From an uncultured Pseudomonadota bacterium (GTDB lineage: Bacteria > Myxococcota_A > UBA796 > UBA9615), in NCBI GenBank assembly GCA_937891735.1, contig CALAGR010000064.1:26723-90722 (forward strand): a stretch of DNA of 64,000 nt, read 5' to 3'. Positions within the stretch are counted from its first letter, which is position 1; every line of letters begins with the position of its first letter. A program made the translations under genes and the position numbers. This document shows, one piece after another, positions 24,686 through 32,457 of this stretch. Below the pieces are notes generated by a model. The model had not been told where the DNA came from. It saw only the letters and a list, made by a program, of their open reading frames with translations, and ran no database searches.

Positions 24686-26359
24686 ATGACGAGCTGGTTG
24701 GAGACAGATCTGTTCGGGCTCGGGCAAGCCGCGTTCGACGACTTCAAGGCCGAGCTGCTCACCTACGGGCTCGACATCGATCCGGAGCTGGAGCTGCGTC
24801 GCGCCAACGGGCTGCTCTGCTACTACAGCGTCACCGATCACCACATCTACCTGTCGATCCCCGAGTGGGACGACACGTCCATCGCCATCTTCCAGATGGT
24901 CGTGGGATCCCTGTTCGACGCCGAGGACGAGGCGGCGCTGCTGCGCTTCCTGAAGCTGTTCATCCCCCGGGTCATCGCCCACGAGATCGGCCACCACCTG
25001 CGCCACCGTCAAGGCCTGTTCGACAAGGCGAACCTGTGGCAGGAAGAGCAGATCGCCAACGAGCTCGCGGTGGCGCTGACCAAGCGGCGCTGGTCCCCGG
25101 AGGACCGGGCCTTCTGCACGCGGTTCATCCGGCGGGCCATCGACTCGCTGGCCACCAAGGTCGGCCAGAAGATGATCGCCAACGACAGCTACAGCGATGT
25201 GCTGGAGGCGCTGTACTCCGAGGGGCGGCTGGGCACCAGGACCGTCATGACGATCCGGGCGGTGGGCGAGCTGTTCGACGTCGAGCCGCTGGACATCCTG
25301 GCCAAGGCGGGCGTGGTTCCGGCCGACGTCGTCGCGCGGCTGGGGGGGCGCGACGACCTGATCACGGACTTCAACGCGACCTACACCAACGACCAGCTGA
25401 CCTACATGTACTACCAGATGGGTTGGCTGCAGGTGGACCTGACGAGCCGCGAGTCGGGGTACATCGACGAGTTCGCGCGGGTCCGCCTGAACGTCGATCC
25501 GGAGCTGCTGCCGCCGGTCCCCAGGGACTACAAGACGTCCACGGGGCAGGTCATGGCGTGCTACCGGGCCCACCAGCGCGCGCTCGCGGCGGGCAGCGAG
25601 GTCGGGTCCAACTACTTCTACAAGCGGTACCGCACCGAGCTGCTGGAGCGGCTGCAGACCGCGAAGCTCGGCGTGCCCGTGCAGGTGGCGGCGCTCAAGC
25701 GCAACGGGGACTTCCTGCTGGAGTCGTGGGACGCGGGAGAGACAGACCGGCTCGAGATGCTCGCGCCCCTGGTGCCGGCCAGGCTGCGCAGCCTGCTGCC
25801 CTCCCGGATCGACCAGACCGTGCAGCCCGACCTGAATGTGCGCGCCCTGCTGACGACGGAGACGGACCGGCGGCTGTTCGAGCACCTGTGTGGCCGGGAC
25901 GACCCGGCCGCCGCGAACACCCTGGAGCGCCTGGCGTTCCTGGATCGCAGCGAGCTGTTCAAGTCGTTGTCGGCCGAGGTCCTGATGGACGTCGCCCACT
26001 CGATGTTCGACATCCGGCTGAGAACCGACGAGGTGATCATCTGGCAGGGCGAGCACCAGAACGACGTGTACGTCACCGCCGCCGGGGCGCTGCGGTACGA
26101 GGCGAGGAACGCGCGCGGAGCCCTGGTGAAGAAGGGCGACATCGTGGTCGGTCAGGTGTTCGGCGAGATGTCGTTCCTCGCGGACCAGGCCCGCAACGCG
26201 ACCATCGTGGCCTCGGAGCCGACGCGGCTGCTGGTGGTCAAGGGGGCGGACCTGTCGGTGCTGATCTACGAGCACCCCTCGATCATGAAGAGGCTGGCCA
26301 CCGTGATGGTCCGGCGACTGGCGGCGACGATGGCCGACGGAGCCGGCGGGGCCGGTTGA
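24686..26359 (+). CDS. HExxH (ImmA/IrrE-like) putative metallopeptidase region fused to a C-terminal cyclic-nucleotide-binding domain
   Basis: It starts 7 nt after the cyclase-STAND stop. AHEIGHHLRH lies at aa 98-107, followed by EEQIANELAVAL. The C-terminal cNMP phosphate-binding cassette reads FGEMSFL...RNATIVA. Confidence 0.8.
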   Translation: MTSWLETDLFGLGQAAFDDFKAELLTYGLDIDPELELRRANGLLCYYSVTDHHIYLSIPEWDDTSIAIFQMVVGSLFDAEDEAALLRFLKLFIPRVIAHEIGHHLRHRQGLFDKANLWQEEQIANELAVALTKRRWSPEDRAFCTRFIRRAIDSLATKVGQKMIANDSYSDVLEALYSEGRLGTRTVMTIRAVGELFDVEPLDILAKAGVVPADVVARLGGRDDLITDFNATYTNDQLTYMYYQMGWLQVDLTSRESGYIDEFARVRLNVDPELLPPVPRDYKTSTGQVMACYRAHQRALAAGSEVGSNYFYKRYRTELLERLQTAKLGVPVQVAALKRNGDFLLESWDAGETDRLEMLAPLVPARLRSLLPSRIDQTVQPDLNVRALLTTETDRRLFEHLCGRDDPAAANTLERLAFLDRSELFKSLSAEVLMDVAHSMFDIRLRTDEVIIWQGEHQNDVYVTAAGALRYEARNARGALVKKGDIVVGQVFGEMSFLADQARNATIVASEPTRLLVVKGADLSVLIYEHPSIMKRLATVMVRRLAATMADGAGGAG

Positions 26360-26368
26360 TCCGCGGGA

Positions 26369-26683
26369 TCAGAGGGGACGCAGCGCGCTCCTGACGACCT
26401 CGTGCAGCTCGACGCTCAGGGCGTGCAGCTGGGTGGTCGCGTCCCGCGCGGGCCGGTCGTCCAGGGTCAGCTCCAGGTCGCCGAAGGTGCCCATCCCGCC
26501 GGCAAACATGTGCAGCAGGTCGCGCACGAGGCGCGGCACGGAGAGCGGATCCGCGCTCGACCGGCCCACGGCGACGTGCTCGTGCACCCGCCCGAACGCC
26601 ATGGCCCAGCGGTCCTCGCCGTGGTCGTTCAAGATCGCCACCATCTCGGTGATGAGGACGTCGATGCGGTCTGCTGCGGTCAT
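26369..26683 (-). CDS. small hypothetical protein (104 aa)
   Basis: ATG 26683 lies inside track ORF 26369..27379. The composition is sensible and includes an LLHMFAGGMGTFGDLEL motif. The gene is convergent with the cNMP-binding gene. Confidence 0.55.
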   Translation of the reverse strand: MTAADRIDVLITEMVAILNDHGEDRWAMAFGRVHEHVAVGRSSADPLSVPRLVRDLLHMFAGGMGTFGDLELTLDDRPARDATTQLHALSVELHEVVRSALRPL

Positions 26684-26702
26684 GGGTCGGTAGGATAGGC
26701 CC

Positions 26703-28394
26703 GTGACCGAGCCCACCGCGCTTCCGCCCACCCTTCGCCGCAACCTCGCCCTGCTCACGGCCCAGAACAAGGAGCTGGCCGAGCGGATCACGTGGCCGTG
26801 CTCCAGCGAACATGTGGCCTGGACCGACGACGGACAGGCCGCGTACCAGGTGCACCGGACATGGCTCCCGCTGTCCCTGTCTGCCGAAGACGCCGCGGAC
26901 GTGGCGCTCGGGGATGGCGGCACCCACACCGACGTGCTGGTCTTCGGGCTCGGGTTGGGGGAGCAGCTCGAGCACCTGCTCACCGTGTTGCCGAAGGCCC
27001 GGATCTGGGCGTGGGAGCGGGACCCGTGGCTGCTGCGGCAGGTCCTGGACCGCCGTGACTGGACGCCGGCCCTGCGGCGCGGCCAGCTGAAGTTCCTGCT
27101 GACCTCGGATCTGGTGGAGATCGCCCGGTCCGAGCGGCCCCTGCGCATCGTGGAGCATCCCTTGCTGGCCGACGTGTACCGGCTCGAGCGGCGGCTGCTG
27201 GAGCGGCGGCCCGAGCGGATCGCGCTGCTGGCCGCGGGCGGGCTGTTCGTCGATGACGTGGCCGCGGCGCTGGCGGAGCAGGGCGTGAGCGCGGTCACCT
27301 GGGATCTGGCCCGGTGGTCGCGCGAAGAGCTGGTGCGCGTGGCGGAGCAGCTGAAGCCCGAAGTGGCCATCGCCATCAACTACACCCACGGCCTGGCGGA
27401 GCTGGCCGCCGAGCTGGGGGTCCCCCTCAAGGTCTGGGAGATCGATCCGTCCACGGACGTGCTGCCGGACCTGCCGGGCGGACCGGAGGGCGCGGCGTCC
27501 CAGGGGACCCGGCTGTTCACGTTCCGCAAGGGCAACGTGGACGCGTTCGAGGCGGCGGGGTTCGCACATGTGGAGCACCTGCCGCTGGCCGCCAACCCGG
27601 AGCGGCGCAAGCCGACGGAGCTGTCGCCCGAGGAGCAGGAGCGGTACGGCGCCGACGTGACGTTCGTGGGCAGCTCGATGGTGGAGCAGGGGCTGGCCTT
27701 CCGCTCGCGGCTGTTCGCGGGGTACGCGTTCTGGAAGGGCGGCGATCCCGACGCCGCGATGCAGGAGGCGGAGGAGGCCACGCAGCGGGTGCTGGACGCG
27801 CAGCGCGACGATCTGTCGGCGTACCGCGTGCCGGAGCTGCTCGCGCAGGAGCTGCGCTGGTTCGTGGAGGCGTACGGCAAGGACGACGCGGTCTACGAAT
27901 CCCTCGGGGGCGCCTCGCCGGACGCGCTGCTGGGCGAGATGGCGGCGGCGGACAAACGCATCACGTACGTGGCCAACCTGGGGCAGGTGGGCATCAAGGT
28001 CTGGGGCGACGCGGGCTGGGACCACGTCGCGCAGTACGGGTGCGAGGTCATGGGGCCGGCGGGCCACCGGGACGAGCTGACGGCGATCTACGGCACCGAC
28101 GCGATCCACGTGGACATCGGGCGCATCTACCAGAGCAACATCGTCACGATGCGGGTGTTCGACGTGCTCGCGTGCGGAGGGTTCTGCCTCGCCGAGTGGA
28201 GCGAGGGGCTCGACGAGCTGTTCGTGATCGGGGAGGAACTCGACACGTACCGGAGCCTCGACGAGCTGCTCGAGAAGGTCGAGCACTGGCTGGAGCGGGG
28301 CCCCGAAGCACGCCGGGCGGTGGGGGCGGCGGGGCGCGCCCGGGTCCTGAAGGACCACACGATCGAGGCCCGATTGAGGCACATGCTGCGATAG
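26703..28394 (+). CDS. CgeB-family glycosyltransferase-like protein
   Basis: The start is GTG. The C-terminal block reads NIVTMRVFDVLACGGFCLAEW...LDTYRSLDELLEKV...ARLRHML, as in CgeB-type/GT-like proteins (from memory). Confidence 0.65.
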   Translation: MTEPTALPPTLRRNLALLTAQNKELAERITWPCSSEHVAWTDDGQAAYQVHRTWLPLSLSAEDAADVALGDGGTHTDVLVFGLGLGEQLEHLLTVLPKARIWAWERDPWLLRQVLDRRDWTPALRRGQLKFLLTSDLVEIARSERPLRIVEHPLLADVYRLERRLLERRPERIALLAAGGLFVDDVAAALAEQGVSAVTWDLARWSREELVRVAEQLKPEVAIAINYTHGLAELAAELGVPLKVWEIDPSTDVLPDLPGGPEGAASQGTRLFTFRKGNVDAFEAAGFAHVEHLPLAANPERRKPTELSPEEQERYGADVTFVGSSMVEQGLAFRSRLFAGYAFWKGGDPDAAMQEAEEATQRVLDAQRDDLSAYRVPELLAQELRWFVEAYGKDDAVYESLGGASPDALLGEMAAADKRITYVANLGQVGIKVWGDAGWDHVAQYGCEVMGPAGHRDELTAIYGTDAIHVDIGRIYQSNIVTMRVFDVLACGGFCLAEWSEGLDELFVIGEELDTYRSLDELLEKVEHWLERGPEARRAVGAAGRARVLKDHTIEARLRHMLR

Positions 28395-28407
28395 ATCCGG
28401 CTCGCGA

Positions 28408-29655
28408 TCAAAAGCGGATCCCGAACCCGAGCATCACCCGGGTGTCCTGCTTTGTGTCCGCTGGGTTCGTGGTGGCCTGCACGTCGAACCAGTACGGCCC
28501 GAAGTCGGCCCGCACGCCGCCGCCCACCGCCGGCATCCACCGCCGCGTGTCCCAGGTCGTGCCCGAGGTCGCGTCGTAGGCGCAGTCCTGGGCGAACGGA
28601 TCGCAGCCCGGATCCTTGAAGCGCAGCGTCTGCTCGTGCGTGCCGGTCCGCTCCGAGGCGATCCCCGCCGTGAAGTAGGGCTGGATCGCGAAGGGCAAGT
28701 GGCTCTTGGGGTGGAACGGGAGCTCGAGCCGCGGCCCGATCTGGGCCGCCAGCAGCAGCCGGCTGCCCCGTCGCCCGTCGTCCTGCCCGTCCACCTTCTT
28801 GCGCGCCAGCAGGTCCGCCTCGAAGACGAGCCCGACCATCAGCTTGCGGTCGAGCACCACCTCCAGACCGGTGGTGAGGGTCAAGAACGTGCCGGACCGC
28901 GCGTCCCGCCCCGGCAGCCGGCTGACCCCCAGGCCGAACCGGCCCTGCGGCTCCACGGTCGGCCCCTTCGGCAGCGACGCCTCCCCATCGAGCAGCTCCC
29001 GCAGCAGCTCCACCCGGGTGGCCGCGCCGAGGCTCCCGATGCCCAACGTCACCACGCCGATCACGTTCCCCTGCAGGTCCAGGATCGGACCGCCCGAGTT
29101 GCCCGGCTGCACCGCCGCCGACGTCTGCACCGACGTCTCGCCGATCTGCGACACGATCCCCTCGGTCAACGACCACGTCAGCAGCCCCTTCGTCGGCCCC
29201 TTCTTGACGTCTTCCGGCGGCGCCAGGGGATGGCCCAGCACGGCGACGGTCGTGCCCACCGGTGGCGTCTGCGCGGCCAGGGACAGCGGGGCCACGGCCT
29301 CGCCGCCCACCACCAGGGGGGCCGGGAGCGACAGCACCGCCAGGTCCCGCTTGCGGTCTCGACGGGTCACCTCGACCGCGATCAGCTGCCCGTCCAGCGT
29401 CTCGATCCGGAGGTCGTGCCGCACGTCGGCCACGTGCCACGCCGTGGCGATCTGCGTTGGCCCGATCAGGAACCCCGTGCCCACGCCTTCGCGGGTATGC
29501 ACCCTCACGACGGCCGGCTGCACGCGCTCATACAGGCCGACGAGCCCCGACGGCTCCGACGGCTCCGGCGGCTCGGGGGGATCTGCGGTCAGGGCGGTGG
29601 CCGGCAGGCCAAGAACAAACAACGCGGCCATCGCCGCACGCACGGTCGTCATCAT
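28408..29655 (-). CDS. secreted trypsin-like (S1C) serine protease fused to a C-terminal beta-barrel-like domain
   Basis: It has a signal peptide and His (TAWHV), Asp (RDLAVL) and Ser (GNSGGP) triad motifs. The C-terminal ~190 aa show alternating hydrophobicity and end GFGIRF. Confidence 0.85.
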   Translation of the reverse strand: MMTTVRAAMAALFVLGLPATALTADPPEPPEPSEPSGLVGLYERVQPAVVRVHTREGVGTGFLIGPTQIATAWHVADVRHDLRIETLDGQLIAVEVTRRDRKRDLAVLSLPAPLVVGGEAVAPLSLAAQTPPVGTTVAVLGHPLAPPEDVKKGPTKGLLTWSLTEGIVSQIGETSVQTSAAVQPGNSGGPILDLQGNVIGVVTLGIGSLGAATRVELLRELLDGEASLPKGPTVEPQGRFGLGVSRLPGRDARSGTFLTLTTGLEVVLDRKLMVGLVFEADLLARKKVDGQDDGRRGSRLLLAAQIGPRLELPFHPKSHLPFAIQPYFTAGIASERTGTHEQTLRFKDPGCDPFAQDCAYDATSGTTWDTRRWMPAVGGGVRADFGPYWFDVQATTNPADTKQDTRVMLGFGIRF

Positions 29656-29745
29656 CGGACCCTCCTCGGGTTCAGCAGGACATGTGCCGGCTCGAACCGT
29701 GAGAGGGGCTGGTCATTCCGCGTCGGCACGACGTTGCCCGACCTG

Positions 29746-32406
29746 TCACTGATCGACGACGACCCCGTCGACCACGGCCTCGATGCGGATCCGCGTAACC
29801 TTGATGTTGGTCTGGGACGTGTAGGGGCACCGCCCGCTGTGGGACGTGAGCTGGTTGATGTACACGCCGTCCTCCACCTGCGCGCGGCTCTTGTGGAACG
29901 ACACGAACGCCGCCTCACCCACCACCCGCTCGGTGATCCGCACCGGCAGCTGCAAGCTCGCCCCGGTCTCCACGCTCGTCACCCGCGCGAGGCCGCCGTG
30001 CACCAGCCCCAGCCGGCCCGCGAGCCCCGGCCCGACGCACAGCGGGTTGTGATCCGGCATGCCCTCCCGGGGGGTGGCCTTGCCCGAGTTGAACGTCGCC
30101 GTGGCGAAGGCGATGGCGCGCGGATCGTCGCTCACCGCGCTGCGCCCGGAGTTCAGGATGATCCCCTCGGGGATCGCCAGGTCGCCCGCGTTGGGCACGA
30201 AGAACTCGAACTCCACCCGGTCGCCGTACAGGTCGCCGAAGGGCTGCGCGTCGGCGTCGTCGAAGTCGATCACGTACCGGGTGGTGCCCACGCCGCCGTA
30301 GACCAGATGCCCCGCGTCGAGCAGCTCGCCCCAGCGGATCGGCGCGCCGCCCCGGCTCGGCATGCAGTACAGGCGCCCCTTGCGCCCGGGTCCACCGTCC
30401 AGGTAGCCCAGCACGCGACTCCACAGGTGCGGCCGACTGACCTCCCCGTCGATCCGCGGCAGCCCGCCCCCGGTCGCCGGGTCCTCGAACCGCTCCCGCA
30501 AGTACCCGGTCTGGCTGTGGTAGCCCAGGTCGGGGTGGATCATCCGCAGGATGGAGTCGGTGCGGACCCGCCGGCTGATCTCGGCCATGACGTCGTAGAT
30601 GATCGTGGGATCCGAACGCGTCTCCGGCGGCGCCTCCTTGTAGGGCACCGACAGGCTCAGCCGCCACTCCCCGTTCTGGTACAGCTTCGGAGCCGCGGCG
30701 TGGGGCGGAGACGGGATGATCAGGTCGGCGTGGGCCAGCGTGAACGGATCCGGGATCGGATCCACCACCACCAGGGTGCTGTCCGGGTCCTTCAGCTTCT
30801 TGATCCAGCGATCCCGCTCCATCAGGTTCGCTTCGAACTGCGTGCCGAAGCAGACGAACAGCTCGCGGTCCGCCCGGGCGCTGGGGTCGCTGTAGTCCAG
30901 CGTCGCCCGGGGCTCGTCCCGCTCCGCGAGCTCGTAGGCGTCGTCCGGCAGGCCCATGCGCCGCGCGGCGTCCACCATCCCGTCGTGGTCCACGGGGATC
31001 CGCCCGAAGAAGAAGAGCCGGGACAGCCCCTGGATCTCCGACTCGGCGTTGATCTGCCCCGGCAGACGCAGGACGCCACCCCGGGGCTCGCCGCCCGGAT
31101 GCAGCCCGTAGCGCCCCACCATCGCCAGCGCGCTGCCCCACAGGCAATGACTGACGGCGCCCTTGCTCTGGGACAGGCCCACGCTGGGGATGTTGATGGG
31201 CACGGTGTCCGGCGCCGCGAGACCCGCCGCGATCCCGCGGATTCCTCGCTCCAGGCGGTCCACCAGCGCTGGCTCCGGCGCGATGCGGGCCGCCACCTCC
31301 TCGGGCGCGAAGCGCGACTCCAGGGCCAGGTCCCGGTACGCCCGCCACGCCGCGGTGTTGGCGAAGCGCGCGATGAACCGCTGGTCCACGGCGTCCGGGT
31401 GCGCGTGCAGGATCACGTGGGCGACGGACAGGGCGAGGTGCGGATCGCTGCCCGCCTTGATGAGCAGGACCCGGTCGTCTCCCAGGCGCTCGGCGATCTG
31501 CGTGGCCGACTCGGACACCATCACGTCGATGAGGTACCCGTCGAAGTCCGGCCGGGCGAGCAGCGGGGTCCAGGCCCCGGGGTGGGTGACGCGGCCGTTC
31601 CACCCGTTGAGCAGATAGAAGCGCCCGGGACCCGCCACCGCCTGCTCGATGGTCAGGAACGGCCCCTCCTGCCCCGTGAGCATCTCGTTGTGCACCGCGC
31701 CCGCGTTCAGGCAGTGCTCCGCGTTCCCGCCGAGGTTGCGCACGCCGAGCAGCCGGAAGACCTCCTGCAGGGCGAAGATCGTGAAGTAGTCGATCTGCCC
31801 GCATCCGTAGACGAGGACCTGGCTGTCCGGCTCCCGATGGGCCAGCACGTGATCCGCCAGCCGCGCGATGGCTTCGGCGTAGGTGATGGGGATCCGCTGC
31901 CCCGTGGCGCGGTCGAGCACCGAGGGCTGCGCGTGGTACGGCCAGAAGGGCCGACCCTTCCCCGCTGCTCCCTGGATCTTGACGCACCCCGGGGTGGGGG
32001 CCCGCTCGTCCACCCGGACCAGGGGACCGCGCGCGTCCCGCCCCCGGCGCTCATGTACGTGGCCGGAGTCGCCGACGCCGCAGTAGGCGCAAGAGACCCG
32101 GTGGGGGTTCGGGGCATCGGTGGCGTGCTCGGGGTGCAGCGCACCGGGCAGGCGATCCAGGATGGCCAGCGCGTCCAGGTCCTCGAACGTGGGCACCGGC
32201 GCGGGGGGCCGGGCCTCCGGGGCGACGACGGGGATCTGCGGCGCTGAAGGACCTTGTTCGCTCGTGGCGGGCTGGTCCCACGGATCCCGCCGGGCCCACT
32301 CCGCCGGGGCGGGCGTCTCGATGGGCGCGGTCGGGCGCAGCGCGCGGGTGAGCCCGGCCTTGAGCTGACCGCGCAGCGCGTTCTTGAGTCGATCCCTCAG
32401 GGCCAT
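29746..32406 (-). CDS. molybdopterin oxidoreductase family protein (MopB superfamily)
   Basis: A C-x2-C-x3-D-x27-C cluster-like motif (CAYCGVGDSG...PGCVKIQG) follows a ~100-aa Pro-rich N-terminal extension. The body has MopB-like blocks and a C-terminal beta-barrel (molydopterin dinucleotide-binding-like) region. Confidence 0.8.
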   Translation of the reverse strand: MALRDRLKNALRGQLKAGLTRALRPTAPIETPAPAEWARRDPWDQPATSEQGPSAPQIPVVAPEARPPAPVPTFEDLDALAILDRLPGALHPEHATDAPNPHRVSCAYCGVGDSGHVHERRGRDARGPLVRVDERAPTPGCVKIQGAAGKGRPFWPYHAQPSVLDRATGQRIPITYAEAIARLADHVLAHREPDSQVLVYGCGQIDYFTIFALQEVFRLLGVRNLGGNAEHCLNAGAVHNEMLTGQEGPFLTIEQAVAGPGRFYLLNGWNGRVTHPGAWTPLLARPDFDGYLIDVMVSESATQIAERLGDDRVLLIKAGSDPHLALSVAHVILHAHPDAVDQRFIARFANTAAWRAYRDLALESRFAPEEVAARIAPEPALVDRLERGIRGIAAGLAAPDTVPINIPSVGLSQSKGAVSHCLWGSALAMVGRYGLHPGGEPRGGVLRLPGQINAESEIQGLSRLFFFGRIPVDHDGMVDAARRMGLPDDAYELAERDEPRATLDYSDPSARADRELFVCFGTQFEANLMERDRWIKKLKDPDSTLVVVDPIPDPFTLAHADLIIPSPPHAAAPKLYQNGEWRLSLSVPYKEAPPETRSDPTIIYDVMAEISRRVRTDSILRMIHPDLGYHSQTGYLRERFEDPATGGGLPRIDGEVSRPHLWSRVLGYLDGGPGRKGRLYCMPSRGGAPIRWGELLDAGHLVYGGVGTTRYVIDFDDADAQPFGDLYGDRVEFEFFVPNAGDLAIPEGIILNSGRSAVSDDPRAIAFATATFNSGKATPREGMPDHNPLCVGPGLAGRLGLVHGGLARVTSVETGASLQLPVRITERVVGEAAFVSFHKSRAQVEDGVYINQLTSHSGRCPYTSQTNIKVTRIRIEAVVDGVVVDQ

Positions 32407-32457
32407 CGCTGGGGACCATAGCCAGCGTGCCGCCCGGACGCGGCAGCGGGGCTCGAC

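Noticed and set aside
18115-24762. A 2215-aa ORF on the minus strand, the longest in the window.
   Set aside because: Its composition is extreme Arg/Gly/Pro/Ala with no motifs. It runs antisense to five plus-strand genes that each have clear domain signatures (GSCFA, methyltransferase, cyclase-STAND). This is a typical high-GC shadow ORF that shares third-codon positions with the real genes.
17357-26359. A 2-methylisoborneol-type terpene cluster (terpene synthase + C-methyltransferase + cyclic-nucleotide-binding protein).
   Set aside because: The superficial gene content matches, but the isoprenoid-synthase-like protein is short (308 aa). It has two polyprenyl-synthetase-style DDxxD motifs rather than a DDxxD plus NSE/DTE triad. 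The cNMP-binding protein is a 557-aa HExxH fusion rather than a small Crp-like regulator. A 1403-aa STAND protein also intervenes. I kept this only as an alternative to test.
28636-32247. A 1203-aa plus-strand ORF.
   Set aside because: It is antisense to the S1C protease and the molybdopterin oxidoreductase genes. Its composition is Arg/Pro/Gly/His-rich and it has no motifs.
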